IMG/VR virus record: IMGVR_UViG_3300048854_000126
Location: 32,001 to 96,000 of that record
Strand: one strand, 5' to 3'
DNA length: 64,000 nucleotides
Source of the DNA: a virus
Under the pieces are notes generated by a model that worked only from the letters and a program-made list of their open reading frames with translations, did not search any database and was not told the DNA's origin. A program made the position numbers and the translations under genes. Positions 29,741 through 37,776 of this stretch are shown one piece after another. How positions within the stretch are numbered: the first letter of the stretch is position 1; each line of letters starts with the position of its first letter.

Positions 29741-30039
29741 AGCCAGAAAAACGGGAAAAGATGACGACGGCGCTGCTTGCGAAGATCGACGCAGCAATGC
29801 TGACCGATGCTGATATGCGCCGCGAGGCGATCGTCGAGGGCCGGATTGGCTTGAAAGAAATGAGCGACGAGGAGTTCGAGGACTTCGCGCTCGATAGCTA
29901 CAACCTGGACGAGCAGAATAACTTCTGCGACCAGTGCGGCGCTGCCAGCGATGACGGGGAAGGCGAGAACGGGCTGTGCGGCAATTGTGCCGACAAGCTC
30001 TACAACGACGATGGCGAATTGATCGGAGAGAAGAAGTAA
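29737..30039 (+). CDS. Acidic protein with CxxC-CxxC zinc finger
   Basis: CDQC ... CGNC; GAGGAG RBS. Confidence 0.65.
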   Translation: MKPEKREKMTTALLAKIDAAMLTDADMRREAIVEGRIGLKEMSDEEFEDFALDSYNLDEQNNFCDQCGAASDDGEGENGLCGNCADKLYNDDGELIGEKK

Positions 30040-30401
30040 TGCACCTCACGAAAAAAGAACGCGCTCTGCAGAAGGTCCGCATGACACCGCTTCAGCGAAT
30101 CAGCATCAATCGCCCGCTTCGTCGGAGCGCATCCGTGCCGCGCAGCGACCTGTATCCGGAGATTGACCAGACCGCCAAGGGTGAACTGCACGGTAAATGC
30201 AACGTCACGGCATGCGCTGAGCGGGGCGAGGACGTCAAGTGGTGGAACCGCCCAATGCGGGCGCACTACTGCTCCTATTGCAAGCGCGAGATCAGCCGGT
30301 TCGATGACTACCTCGGCACAGACCAAGCGATCTTCGAAACGAGTCCGCGCGAGAAGCTGTCGGGCCACGAAATCACGTCGATCATCATTGACGAAGCGTA
30401 A
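30039..30401 (+). CDS. Hypothetical protein with Cys motifs
   Basis: CNVTAC ... YCSYC. Confidence 0.6.
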   Translation: MHLTKKERALQKVRMTPLQRISINRPLRRSASVPRSDLYPEIDQTAKGELHGKCNVTACAERGEDVKWWNRPMRAHYCSYCKREISRFDDYLGTDQAIFETSPREKLSGHEITSIIIDEA

Positions 30402-30454
30402 CTAACCGAGCGCGCATGAGGGCGCATCGATAACACATTCAATGAGGAGCACTG

Positions 30455-30676
30455 ATGGCTGGCTACGACTGCGTGGAGCGCGCGATTGCGCACGGGGATG
30501 ACCCGTCCAACAACGGGAATGGCTACGCACTGCGCGTCACGCTGAATAGCGGCGTTCAGTTCGAAGGTCCGGTTGGGGATCTGATCAGTGAGACGGAGAC
30601 GTTGAAGCTCCAGATCCTGTCGCTCGACATCTTCATCAACTGCGCCGAGGTGGCGGCCGCCGAGGTCGTCTGGTGA
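30455..30676 (+). CDS. Small hypothetical protein
   Basis: GAGGAG RBS. Confidence 0.65.
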   Translation: MAGYDCVERAIAHGDDPSNNGNGYALRVTLNSGVQFEGPVGDLISETETLKLQILSLDIFINCAEVAAAEVVW

Positions 30677-30963
30677 GTAAAAGTCCATTCGACGCGCAGC
30701 CGCCGCGTTATCTCGCCTACTGCCATGCGCAGGGCACGACGCCCGAAGCACAACGAATCGCCGACGCGAAGCGTTACGGCGGCTCTTGGAGCATGCCATA
30801 CGTCTATTGGGTGCGGCATGAGATGGCGGAGTGGTGCAAGTTGAACGGGCGTTTTCGCCTTGAGATGGATTGGAATGACCACACCGTGTTCAGCGAGTGG
30901 CTGTCCAAGAAGTATCCGCCGCCGGCGCGCGAGCGATACATCCGACATTGGGCCGCGCGCTGA
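30673..30963 (+). CDS. Hypothetical protein
   Basis: GTGA overlap. Confidence 0.6.
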   Translation: MSKSPFDAQPPRYLAYCHAQGTTPEAQRIADAKRYGGSWSMPYVYWVRHEMAEWCKLNGRFRLEMDWNDHTVFSEWLSKKYPPPARERYIRHWAAR

Positions 30964-31026
30964 CGGTGATGCCGCCGCATATTGCGACACCAACTTCGAG
31001 TCGATACCTCCTGCTAAGGGCCACCC

Positions 31027-31347
31027 ATGAAACTCATTCTCCGCAACGGATATCCGTTCCCGTTTCCAACGAACATCAGCGAGCGCGCAAGCGACGAAAT
31101 CGCTGACGCAGCGAATGGCGTTCACCTGGACATCGACGGCGTGACGCACTTCGAATGGGTGCATACCGTGACCATCGAATTCGAATCGCGTGAGGCATGC
31201 GAGCGCGCCATCGAGCTCACGGGCTGGAACTACTGGGATGAGGAGCGCATGGTGCTCGAAGCCATGACGTCAGCGGGAGACGGCTACGGCCACCCGGCGA
31301 TCGTCGTGCGCGACAAAGCGTATTGCGGATTCACGGTGCTGAGCTAA
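31027..31347 (+). CDS. Hypothetical protein
   Basis: AAGGG RBS. Confidence 0.65.
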   Translation: MKLILRNGYPFPFPTNISERASDEIADAANGVHLDIDGVTHFEWVHTVTIEFESREACERAIELTGWNYWDEERMVLEAMTSAGDGYGHPAIVVRDKAYCGFTVLS

Positions 31348-31349
31348 GC

Positions 31350-31383
31350 ATCCACGCGGGCGCCGAGCCTGCGTCGGGATACT
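31350..31383 (+). promoter_or_regulatory. ATCC-N24(hairpin)-GATACT element
   Basis: Stem ACGCGGGC/GCCTGCGT. Confidence 0.55.
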
Positions 31384-31412
31384 TAAATCTCTCCCACCGA
31401 ACGAGACATATC

Positions 31413-31712
31413 ATGCGCATCAAAGACGCCACGCCCGAACAAGCCGAAAACGCATTGCGGGCCTACTGCGAGAAGCTCGCGCCCGACGCCATCATTGATG
31501 ACGAGTTCGGGCGCCGTCTGGGTGATGCGGATCTGATCGCTTACCTGATCGAACAGGAAGTCGGACACTCCACGTGTCCGCTCCTTGCTGACCTCTACCC
31601 AAGCGGGCCGATCAGTCTCGAACAAGCCAAAGCAAATTGGGATGCGAAGTCGGATATCGAAAAGCGCATGGAGCAGGTCTCGTTCGTCGCGCCGCCACAC
31701 TGTTACTTCTGA
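31413..31712 (+). CDS. Hypothetical protein
   Basis: ORF after promoter element. Confidence 0.6.
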   Translation: MRIKDATPEQAENALRAYCEKLAPDAIIDDEFGRRLGDADLIAYLIEQEVGHSTCPLLADLYPSGPISLEQAKANWDAKSDIEKRMEQVSFVAPPHCYF

Positions 31713-31720
31713 ACCGGTCC

Positions 31721-31984
31721 TCACTTCCTCAGCCGCCCGATATCGCCCACGCGCTGCCTCTCCCGAATGAGGAGGTAGTGCATCTGTTCCAAGGCAGCGA
31801 GACGCCCAAGCTTCGCTTCGCCAAATGCCCGCCGTGCGACGTCGCAGAATTCATGGAGCACGTCCTGCGTGTGACGCATCCGATGGACCTCCAATAGCAA
31901 GCGTCTGACCATAGGGTCGCGGTTGGTTTTCCACAGATGCCGCATCTCACCAATGGTGACCGGATCGAAGTCGTCAATGTCCAT
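31721..31984 (-). CDS. Small protein behind a LexA box
   Basis: ATG ORF, SOS box 17-32 nt upstream. Confidence 0.6.
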   Translation of the reverse strand: MDIDDFDPVTIGEMRHLWKTNRDPMVRRLLLEVHRMRHTQDVLHEFCDVARRAFGEAKLGRLAALEQMHYLLIRERQRVGDIGRLRK

Positions 31985-32000
31985 GATCGGGTGCCTAATA

Positions 32001-32016
32001 CTGTATGGATGAACAG
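32001..32016. promoter_or_regulatory. LexA (SOS) box
   Basis: CTGT-ATGGATGA-ACAG with TA flanks, matching the beta/gammaproteobacterial consensus. Confidence 0.75.
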
Positions 32017-32493
32017 TATAAGCGTGCTTCCCGAGTCGGAAATAACCGCCGTTATTTCATGGTCGGAGCAGGGTAGGGCGAGCCCGAACATAAGCCATTG
32101 AATACAAACGTCTTTCGCCTGATTCGGTGTGACCGTCGGTTTCGGGCCAATTGCAGAGCCATTTCGTAACGTGGAACGAATGGTCTGTCGCGCTAAAAGC
32201 CCGTGCCAAGCCCGCCTCATTCTTCCCGGTAAGCGAATGAGCTAAACCTCAAACGGGCCCGATGCCGACCCGTTCAAGAGCCCGCAGACTGATAGCTAAT
32301 ACAGCCCCGTTCGCTCGATTCATTTTCCCGGTATGAGAAAGAGGACAAAGCGAACAGTTGGCAAGAACGCCGACACCGACAAAGCCGACCCAATCGCGGA
32401 CGAGAACACCGCCGACATAGAGAACGATCCACCATAGATAGATCATCCGGGTGTAGAGACTCGACACTCCACATACACAGCTATACGCATTGC

Positions 32494-33067
32494 TCCACGT
32501 ATAAGAACACCAATCCGCTCTATAAGGTCTCCGGGCTTTGGGTCCACGTATAAGAACTCCAGCGATTGGGGGCCGATCGTTGTCTTTCAATCGACGCTTG
32601 CCAGGATTTTCTTATACCTAGCGCGGGCCGGTGCCGAGGGCATGACCGTTGCTGAATGGAGGCAGCACCCCTCCAAGGCATGCCATGAAAGCAACAATAA
32701 CCTCCTTCTACTTTGCGGCAGTCCACGGCTTTACTGACCCGCATCCGTTCTTCGGCTTCGACCTCGAAGAACACGGGGCGGTCATTCGCTCGGACATCAT
32801 CTCTCTTCGCACAGCGCGCATTCTGGCGCAGGAGCTGGGCCGCGGAGCAGCGTTCGTCAAGATGCTCAAAGCCATTATGGAATGCCCGCCAAGTGATTAC
32901 GGGCTGTTGGTCGGCCAGGTGTTCGAAGATTGAGAGCGACAAAATCCAATCAGGTCCGTGGCTGAAATTCCGAGGACGCGCGGCCCGGTAGGAGCGCCTT
33001 GGCTCCCTATAAGGTTCGCCCGGCCCTATAAGGTTTGGCCCGTCTCCCTATAAGAATGCCCTATAAG
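32494..33067 (+). repeat. TATAAG-core repeats
   Basis: TCCACGTATAAGAAC at 32494 and 32543; CCCTATAAG at 33005, 33024, 33046, 33059. Confidence 0.75.
32685..32933 (+). CDS. Small hypothetical protein
   Basis: ATG ORF between repeat clusters. Confidence 0.5.
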   Translation: MKATITSFYFAAVHGFTDPHPFFGFDLEEHGAVIRSDIISLRTARILAQELGRGAAFVKMLKAIMECPPSDYGLLVGQVFED

Positions 33068-33132
33068 GTTCGGGGATCTCTGCATTAGAGATTTGGGCAG
33101 TAGAATGAATGCCCCTTTCCGAGGAGACCAAA

Positions 33133-33471
33133 ATGAAGAAGTGGCATGTGTATGAAACCAGCTATATCGACTGGGCGTGGAGCGCACTGCGATCGGTCGA
33201 TGAAACGCGGGCTGTTCTCGCGGACAACGTGAATGAAGAATGGAGCGATCTTAGCCAGCACCCGGTCGATGAATTCGATGCGGACTTTGGCGAGGCAAAG
33301 CGCCTCGCTTCTGAGGAAGGCTGGGAAGGGGACTATCGACAAGGCCCCGTCGTCTTTTGGCTGCCTGACCCGAACTACAACTCTTTCGTATATGGCTTCT
33401 TCTGGAAGCAGGACAATAATGGCACCTGCTACACCGTGTCGCCTCATCCGCTGCCTTGGTTGGAGGATTGA
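33133..33471 (+). CDS. Acidic hypothetical protein ending PLPWLED (paralog 1)
   Basis: GAGGAG RBS; similarity to next ORF. Confidence 0.75.
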   Translation: MKKWHVYETSYIDWAWSALRSVDETRAVLADNVNEEWSDLSQHPVDEFDADFGEAKRLASEEGWEGDYRQGPVVFWLPDPNYNSFVYGFFWKQDNNGTCYTVSPHPLPWLED

Positions 33472-33473
33472 TC

Positions 33474-33785
33474 ATGGATTGGATCATTTATCGAATTGAG
33501 CGCCCCGCAAACGAACTGAACTGGATGCGCACTTCCACCGAGATCGTCGAGCGCGCCGCTGCGGACGACGACACCATGGTCGCCGCCATTGTGGAAGCCG
33601 AACTCGATGCGGCTTTCGAGGCAGCGCGCCAAGCGGGCTGGGACGGCGAGATGGACGAGGAGCCGCATGCCTTCGTGCTGCCGGCGAAGGACGAGTTCCG
33701 GTTCGGGTTCGTCTGGACGTGCCCTGACCCGGACAAACCAGTCGTCATTGCATCGCCGTTGCCACTGCCTTGGCTTGAAGACTAA
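33474..33785 (+). CDS. Acidic hypothetical protein ending PLPWLED (paralog 2)
   Basis: GGAGG RBS; GW(E/D)G and SP.PLPWLED shared. Confidence 0.75.
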   Translation: MDWIIYRIERPANELNWMRTSTEIVERAAADDDTMVAAIVEAELDAAFEAARQAGWDGEMDEEPHAFVLPAKDEFRFGFVWTCPDPDKPVVIASPLPLPWLED

Positions 33786-34175
33786 AAAGAGATCGTCAGT
33801 GGGGCATCCAAGGCCCTGCTGGCGGTTGTGATATCTGTTTGGACGCGTAACAGCGTCCGCCCGGGTTTCTCATCCCGATCCCGGACATTAAGCTCACTTG
33901 CAAACGAGCTCCACACATGCCCGCTAGATCGGGTCATGAGCCGCTTGTCCCGTCGTTCATCTCACGGGCCACGGCGGTCCAGGCGAAAAAGAGCCGACAC
34001 GAATGCCGGCCGGGGAATCACCTGGCATCGGAATACCGGGCGACAAAAACAGCCACTTGGGCTACTCAGCATCTCCTGTGCCCGCTGATCATAAAAAAGG
34101 GCCGGCACGCTGGTGCCGGCCCGTCGAATCGCCTAGCACCCGGGGAAAGCGCTAGGCGAGTAACCACATGCATAC

Positions 34176-34209
34176 ATCCGAGCATCAGCCGTTCCCGAGT
34201 CTCGAAAAT
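34176..34209 (+). promoter_or_regulatory. ATCC-N24-GAAAAT element (weak hairpin)
   Basis: Same exact spacing as the other copies. Confidence 0.5.
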
Positions 34210-34239
34210 AAAAGCTCACGAACAACACCGAGACTCACC

Positions 34240-34389
34240 ATGAAATTTCACCTCGCCCTGCCCATGCTCTCGCGCCGCTTCGGCTTTCTCTACAAGGTCT
34301 GGGACGGTCAGGAAGGACTCTTCACCACCGACGATCACGGGAATCTGATCCGGGTGTCGCCCTACGCTGCAGCCGCATCGCTAGTCTAA
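34240..34389 (+). CDS. Small hypothetical protein (49 aa)
   Basis: ATG after promoter element. Confidence 0.5.
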   Translation: MKFHLALPMLSRRFGFLYKVWDGQEGLFTTDDHGNLIRVSPYAAAASLV

Positions 34390-34404
34390 GGGGAAGAGGG
34401 CGCC

Positions 34405-34572
34405 ATGCTTGAAAACCTCCAATGGTTCTGCGCGGTGCTCCTCGTGATCGGGGGAGCGGTGGTGATCGGCGGGATCATCTTTCTCGCCATCGATTTGCTC
34501 ACGGGCGGGCTTAAGCGGACGGTTCGACGCCATCGCAACAAGATGCCCAGCCGGATCGCTCGTTATAGGTAA
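34405..34572 (+). CDS. Small single-pass membrane protein (55 aa, below ORF-track cutoff)
   Basis: MLENLQWFCAVLLVIGGAVVIGGIIFLAIDLL then Arg-rich tail; GAGGG RBS. Confidence 0.55.
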   Translation: MLENLQWFCAVLLVIGGAVVIGGIIFLAIDLLTGGLKRTVRRHRNKMPSRIARYR

Positions 34573-34896
34573 TTCGGTCATGTTATCTAGCTATCTAGCT
34601 AGATAGCAACGCACACAACGGGCGCCTCGGAAACGACGAAAACTCAGGTGAATTAGCCGTTGTTCGGACGATACATTTTGTAACAAAAGCTGGACAAAAA
34701 TAACCCAACCAAGTGGCCGGTTATCGTTTTAAGCCTTGTGCGGCAAGGGACCGGAAGAGATTACGTAAAGTCTACTTGCAGTAAGAGTTGCACACTGTCT
34801 GTCCAAATCGGACACAATTATGTCCGCCGCACAATGCGACGAAAGGTGCTACCCAATAGCGAAAATTAAAAGGCAACACGAGGACTTCTGAACAAC

Positions 34897-35286
34897 ATGG
34901 CAAAGATCACGTTTGAATGTATGGACCAAGGCGGTGAAGCATTTTCAATAGTCATGACCTCGGATTCGGAGAGCATGAAGGAGCTGGTAGGGGCGACCGT
35001 TGCTGCCTATCGGGAGCGCGGGATCGAGGTCATCTCGGCCGCCCGCATCGAGGAGATTGAGGTTGATATGGAGCTCTTCGCACGCCCGGCAGAGAAGCTC
35101 GCGCCGGCCAAGGGTTTCGCTGCGTGGCTGCGGGCCAAGCCGATGCAGATCGTAGGGCACCTCTCGGGCATTGGCGGTTTCGTGCTCGCGATCGTCGGCT
35201 TTGATAACGGGTTTTCCGTGGCGAATCTTATGCGCCATGTGTCGGCGATTGTCCCGGCCATTAGCCATCTTGCCCATCTGGCTTAG
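34897..35286 (+). CDS. Hypothetical protein with hydrophobic C-terminus
   Basis: GAGGA RBS. Confidence 0.6.
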   Translation: MAKITFECMDQGGEAFSIVMTSDSESMKELVGATVAAYRERGIEVISAARIEEIEVDMELFARPAEKLAPAKGFAAWLRAKPMQIVGHLSGIGGFVLAIVGFDNGFSVANLMRHVSAIVPAISHLAHLA

Positions 35287-35362
35287 TTTGATCCTGGCGC
35301 CCGAGTCCGAGATTCGGGCGCTACAGTGGTAGCTCGCTTTACACCACTGCAAAGGGACCGCC

Positions 35363-35527
35363 ATGAAGTTGCTTTACGAAGGCGGGCTGTTGATGACGCT
35401 GGGCTACGCCGCGCTGATACTTCTCGTTTTCGCCCTCGTCGTTATTGCTGATCCGCTCATGTGCTGGTTCAGCCAGCGCAAGCACCGCCAGTCGATCATA
35501 CGGGCGCACCGCCGACGATCGTTCTAG
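35363..35527 (+). CDS. Small single-pass membrane protein (54 aa, below cutoff)
   Basis: MKLLYEGGLLMTLGYAALILLVFALVVIAD then Arg-rich tail; AAGGGA RBS. Confidence 0.55.
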   Translation: MKLLYEGGLLMTLGYAALILLVFALVVIADPLMCWFSQRKHRQSIIRAHRRRSF

Positions 35528-35683
35528 CCCTGCCAAGCGACGCGTCCCTGCGTCGCTCTCTATGCCCGCCGCGGCACCGCTCAGAAGAGCCTGCAGAACA
35601 CACTCAAAGCTCCAAGGGAAAGTGGTCAGAATTACTTCTGTCAACGCGCACCACAGCGCGCACCACTTTCTAAGGAGCACCAC

Positions 35684-35854
35684 ATGCAAGTCCGTCGTAT
35701 CCATGTCGAAACCCTCTGTGCCAACACCGATGAGCTGGACGCGGACATGACGGATCTCGAGCTGCTGCAAGAGCATGAGGAGCAGCGGGCGCTCCGCACA
35801 CTGACCACGCGCCGCCGCCGGCCATTTGTTGAAGAGCGCGCACGCCGGGACTGA
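35684..35854 (+). CDS. Small protein (56 aa, below cutoff)
   Basis: TAAGGAG RBS; MQVRRIHVETLCANTDELD... Confidence 0.55.
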   Translation: MQVRRIHVETLCANTDELDADMTDLELLQEHEEQRALRTLTTRRRRPFVEERARRD

Positions 35855-36355
35855 CCCACCTGCATTTGCCGTTTGTTCTGCTTTACCTGAGTGAGTCCTA
35901 CCGTGAGACGTATGACTTTTGGCTGGTGACCTTCGGGTGCCCGCCTCTTTTTCGTGGCGTATTGCCGTGGCTCGTCGGCCCGTATAAGCGAATCGGCAAA
36001 GCCCGGCGTTGCAAGCGGGCAGGGCTCGAAATCCGTTCATATCCTCCTTGGAAATTGGGAGGACGCGCGGCCCGTATAGGCACCTTGGCAGGCCACGGCT
36101 AAAACGCGCACCCGGGCGCTGCCAAGAACCCGCCCTCTGCGTGCCCCTGCCGAGCACCGCGGTCGCCGATCGTTCGGGCCGCTAAGCATCACCCGCGCTA
36201 CCAGGGCGCGCGCACCTGGGCGAACGAGTGACACCCGCCGGGCGCTCTCTATCAGAAGTGCGCGCGCATGCGAATAGCACGACGAAAACGGGTTTACAAG
36301 AGGTCCTCTGAAATACCACACACAAAAGTTATGTGAATTTTTTCACGCATACCTA

Positions 36356-36384
36356 TTGCACTCGCAATAGCTAGCGGTTACTAT
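36356..36384 (+). promoter_or_regulatory. Sigma70-type promoter overlapped by palindromic operator-like motif
   Basis: TTGCAC-17 bp-TACTAT with AT-rich upstream; AATAGCTAGCGGTTACTATT at 36366-36385 covers the spacer and -10. Confidence 0.7.
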
Positions 36385-36458
36385 TTCTATACCGACTCGC
36401 ACAAAGCAAGCGGTTAGCGAAAAACGCTAAATCTCACACTCTCTCAAAGGTAATCAAA

Positions 36459-37133
36459 ATGAACGCACAAGTTAAAGAAACGGTCTTCACGCTCGAAAAC
36501 GTCATGCTGTCGATTCGTCGCGCAAATGACCGTTGGGCAGCAAAAACGGGTGAAGTGGGCGAGTGCGAAGACTTGAAAACCGCGCGCAAGTTTTGGGATG
36601 ACGCGCTCTGTGTTTTCGCTGTGTCGATGCTTAAGCGTGCGCGTATCGATGAACTGACGTTCTTGTCTACCATCGCTGACAAAATGGGCGTGAAAGCGGT
36701 TAAGCGCGTCTCTGAATTCTTCGCTTGCTTGCATGCGAAAGACTATACGAAGCTTGACGGTGTTACCGCGCTTTCCCTGCTGAGCGCGATTCATGCGGGC
36801 GCAACGTCACGCAGTGCACTGGTTTTCGCTAGCACGGGTAAGGGCGATGAATCGACGTCTGAGAATGTCGCGAATGTCGAGCTTGTGCGCAAGCTTCAAA
36901 AGACACTTAAGAAAGTGGGCACCACTACAGAAGCGACGCAGAATTCCCGCTCGTTTGGTGCGAATGGTTTTTGTGTCTATCTGAGCATGGGCGCAATGGT
37001 TAAGGTAGCGGGTAAGACTGAAAAGCAATTAGAGGTTAATGCAAAGTCACCTTTCATCGCTGCTATTGCGAAGATGGTCGAACAAGCTTCACCTGAAACC
37101 CTCGCACTGGTTAAGGGAGCAAAGAAAGACTAA
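36459..37133 (+). CDS. Hypothetical 224-aa protein, candidate immediate-early gene
   Basis: AAAGGT RBS, strong promoter, lower GC, no GCC codons. Confidence 0.8.
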   Translation: MNAQVKETVFTLENVMLSIRRANDRWAAKTGEVGECEDLKTARKFWDDALCVFAVSMLKRARIDELTFLSTIADKMGVKAVKRVSEFFACLHAKDYTKLDGVTALSLLSAIHAGATSRSALVFASTGKGDESTSENVANVELVRKLQKTLKKVGTTTEATQNSRSFGANGFCVYLSMGAMVKVAGKTEKQLEVNAKSPFIAAIAKMVEQASPETLALVKGAKKD

Positions 37134-37152
37134 ATAGTAACGTGTGACTAAT

Positions 37153-37180
37153 ACCGGGCGCATAGCGCGCCCGGTTCGTT
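37153..37180 (+). terminator. Hairpin after the 224-aa gene
   Basis: ACCGGGCGC-ATAGC-GCGCCCGGT. Confidence 0.5.
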
Positions 37181-37208
37181 CCCCTGCTACCTGAACCCAT
37201 ACCAGACC

Positions 37209-37397
37209 ATGAAAACCGCTCAAACCCGCTCTATCGCTCGCACCGTTCGCCCCCTCCCTGCTTTCGATGATATGCACGAAGACTATGCAAGCGACTATGA
37301 GCCCGGGCGATTCGACGCGCGCACGCTTGACGATAGCGAACGCAGCGCGCACGCATTCGATGCGTTCTCAATTGGGATTGACTCGCTAGCATTTTGA
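37209..37397 (+). CDS. Small acidic protein (62 aa)
   Basis: ATG ORF inside the motif-free zone; weak RBS. Confidence 0.5.
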   Translation: MKTAQTRSIARTVRPLPAFDDMHEDYASDYEPGRFDARTLDDSERSAHAFDAFSIGIDSLAF

Positions 37398-37603
37398 CAT
37401 CGCTCTTTAGTCGCATGCACTACTGACCATCGCGGGCAGTCGGACCCACCCGCGATTGTGACCACCAGCAGACGTCGGTGGTCTTAGACGGCAACGCTAT
37501 CTTGGTGGGGCCTCGCGCCTAATTTTTTTGCCAGGACGAACCCGATCCTTATACAGCCAGGCGGGCCGTGGGAAACACGATCCTTATAGGGCCAAGGCAC
37601 AGT

Positions 37604-37663
37604 GGGGCTAGGGGTTTGGGGCGTGGGATAGGGGAGCAGGGGCCGTGGGGAAGGGGATTTGGG
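37604..37663 (+). other. G-quadruplex-capable tract
   Basis: Nine runs of 3-4 G separated by 2-4 nt loops. Confidence 0.65.
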
Positions 37664-37776
37664 TTTTGAGCGGCCCCACATGGTCAATCCCAGTCTCGCG
37701 GCCCTGCGGGGCCAGGCAGACGGCGCTGGCGGGCGCTGGCGCGCCCACAGCTACCGTCGATGCCTCGTAGCTGCGA

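Noticed and set aside
32249-32590. 113-aa reverse-strand ORF
   Set aside because: Low-complexity product arising from strand-biased DNA, TTG start, no clear RBS
33005-33067. Possible mini CRISPR array
   Set aside because: Repeats are only 9-12 bp with 4-13 bp irregular gaps; no cas genes
35291-35327. Additional ATCC hairpin promoter
   Set aside because: Strong stem, but spacing to TACAGT is 27 rather than 24 nt; not counted in the family
36459-37133. Simple horizontal acquisition as cause of the unusual composition
   Set aside because: Lower GC alone would not remove 12 specific tetramers while keeping GGT, ACC and GGG; the gene is also bracketed by the phage's own palindromic motif
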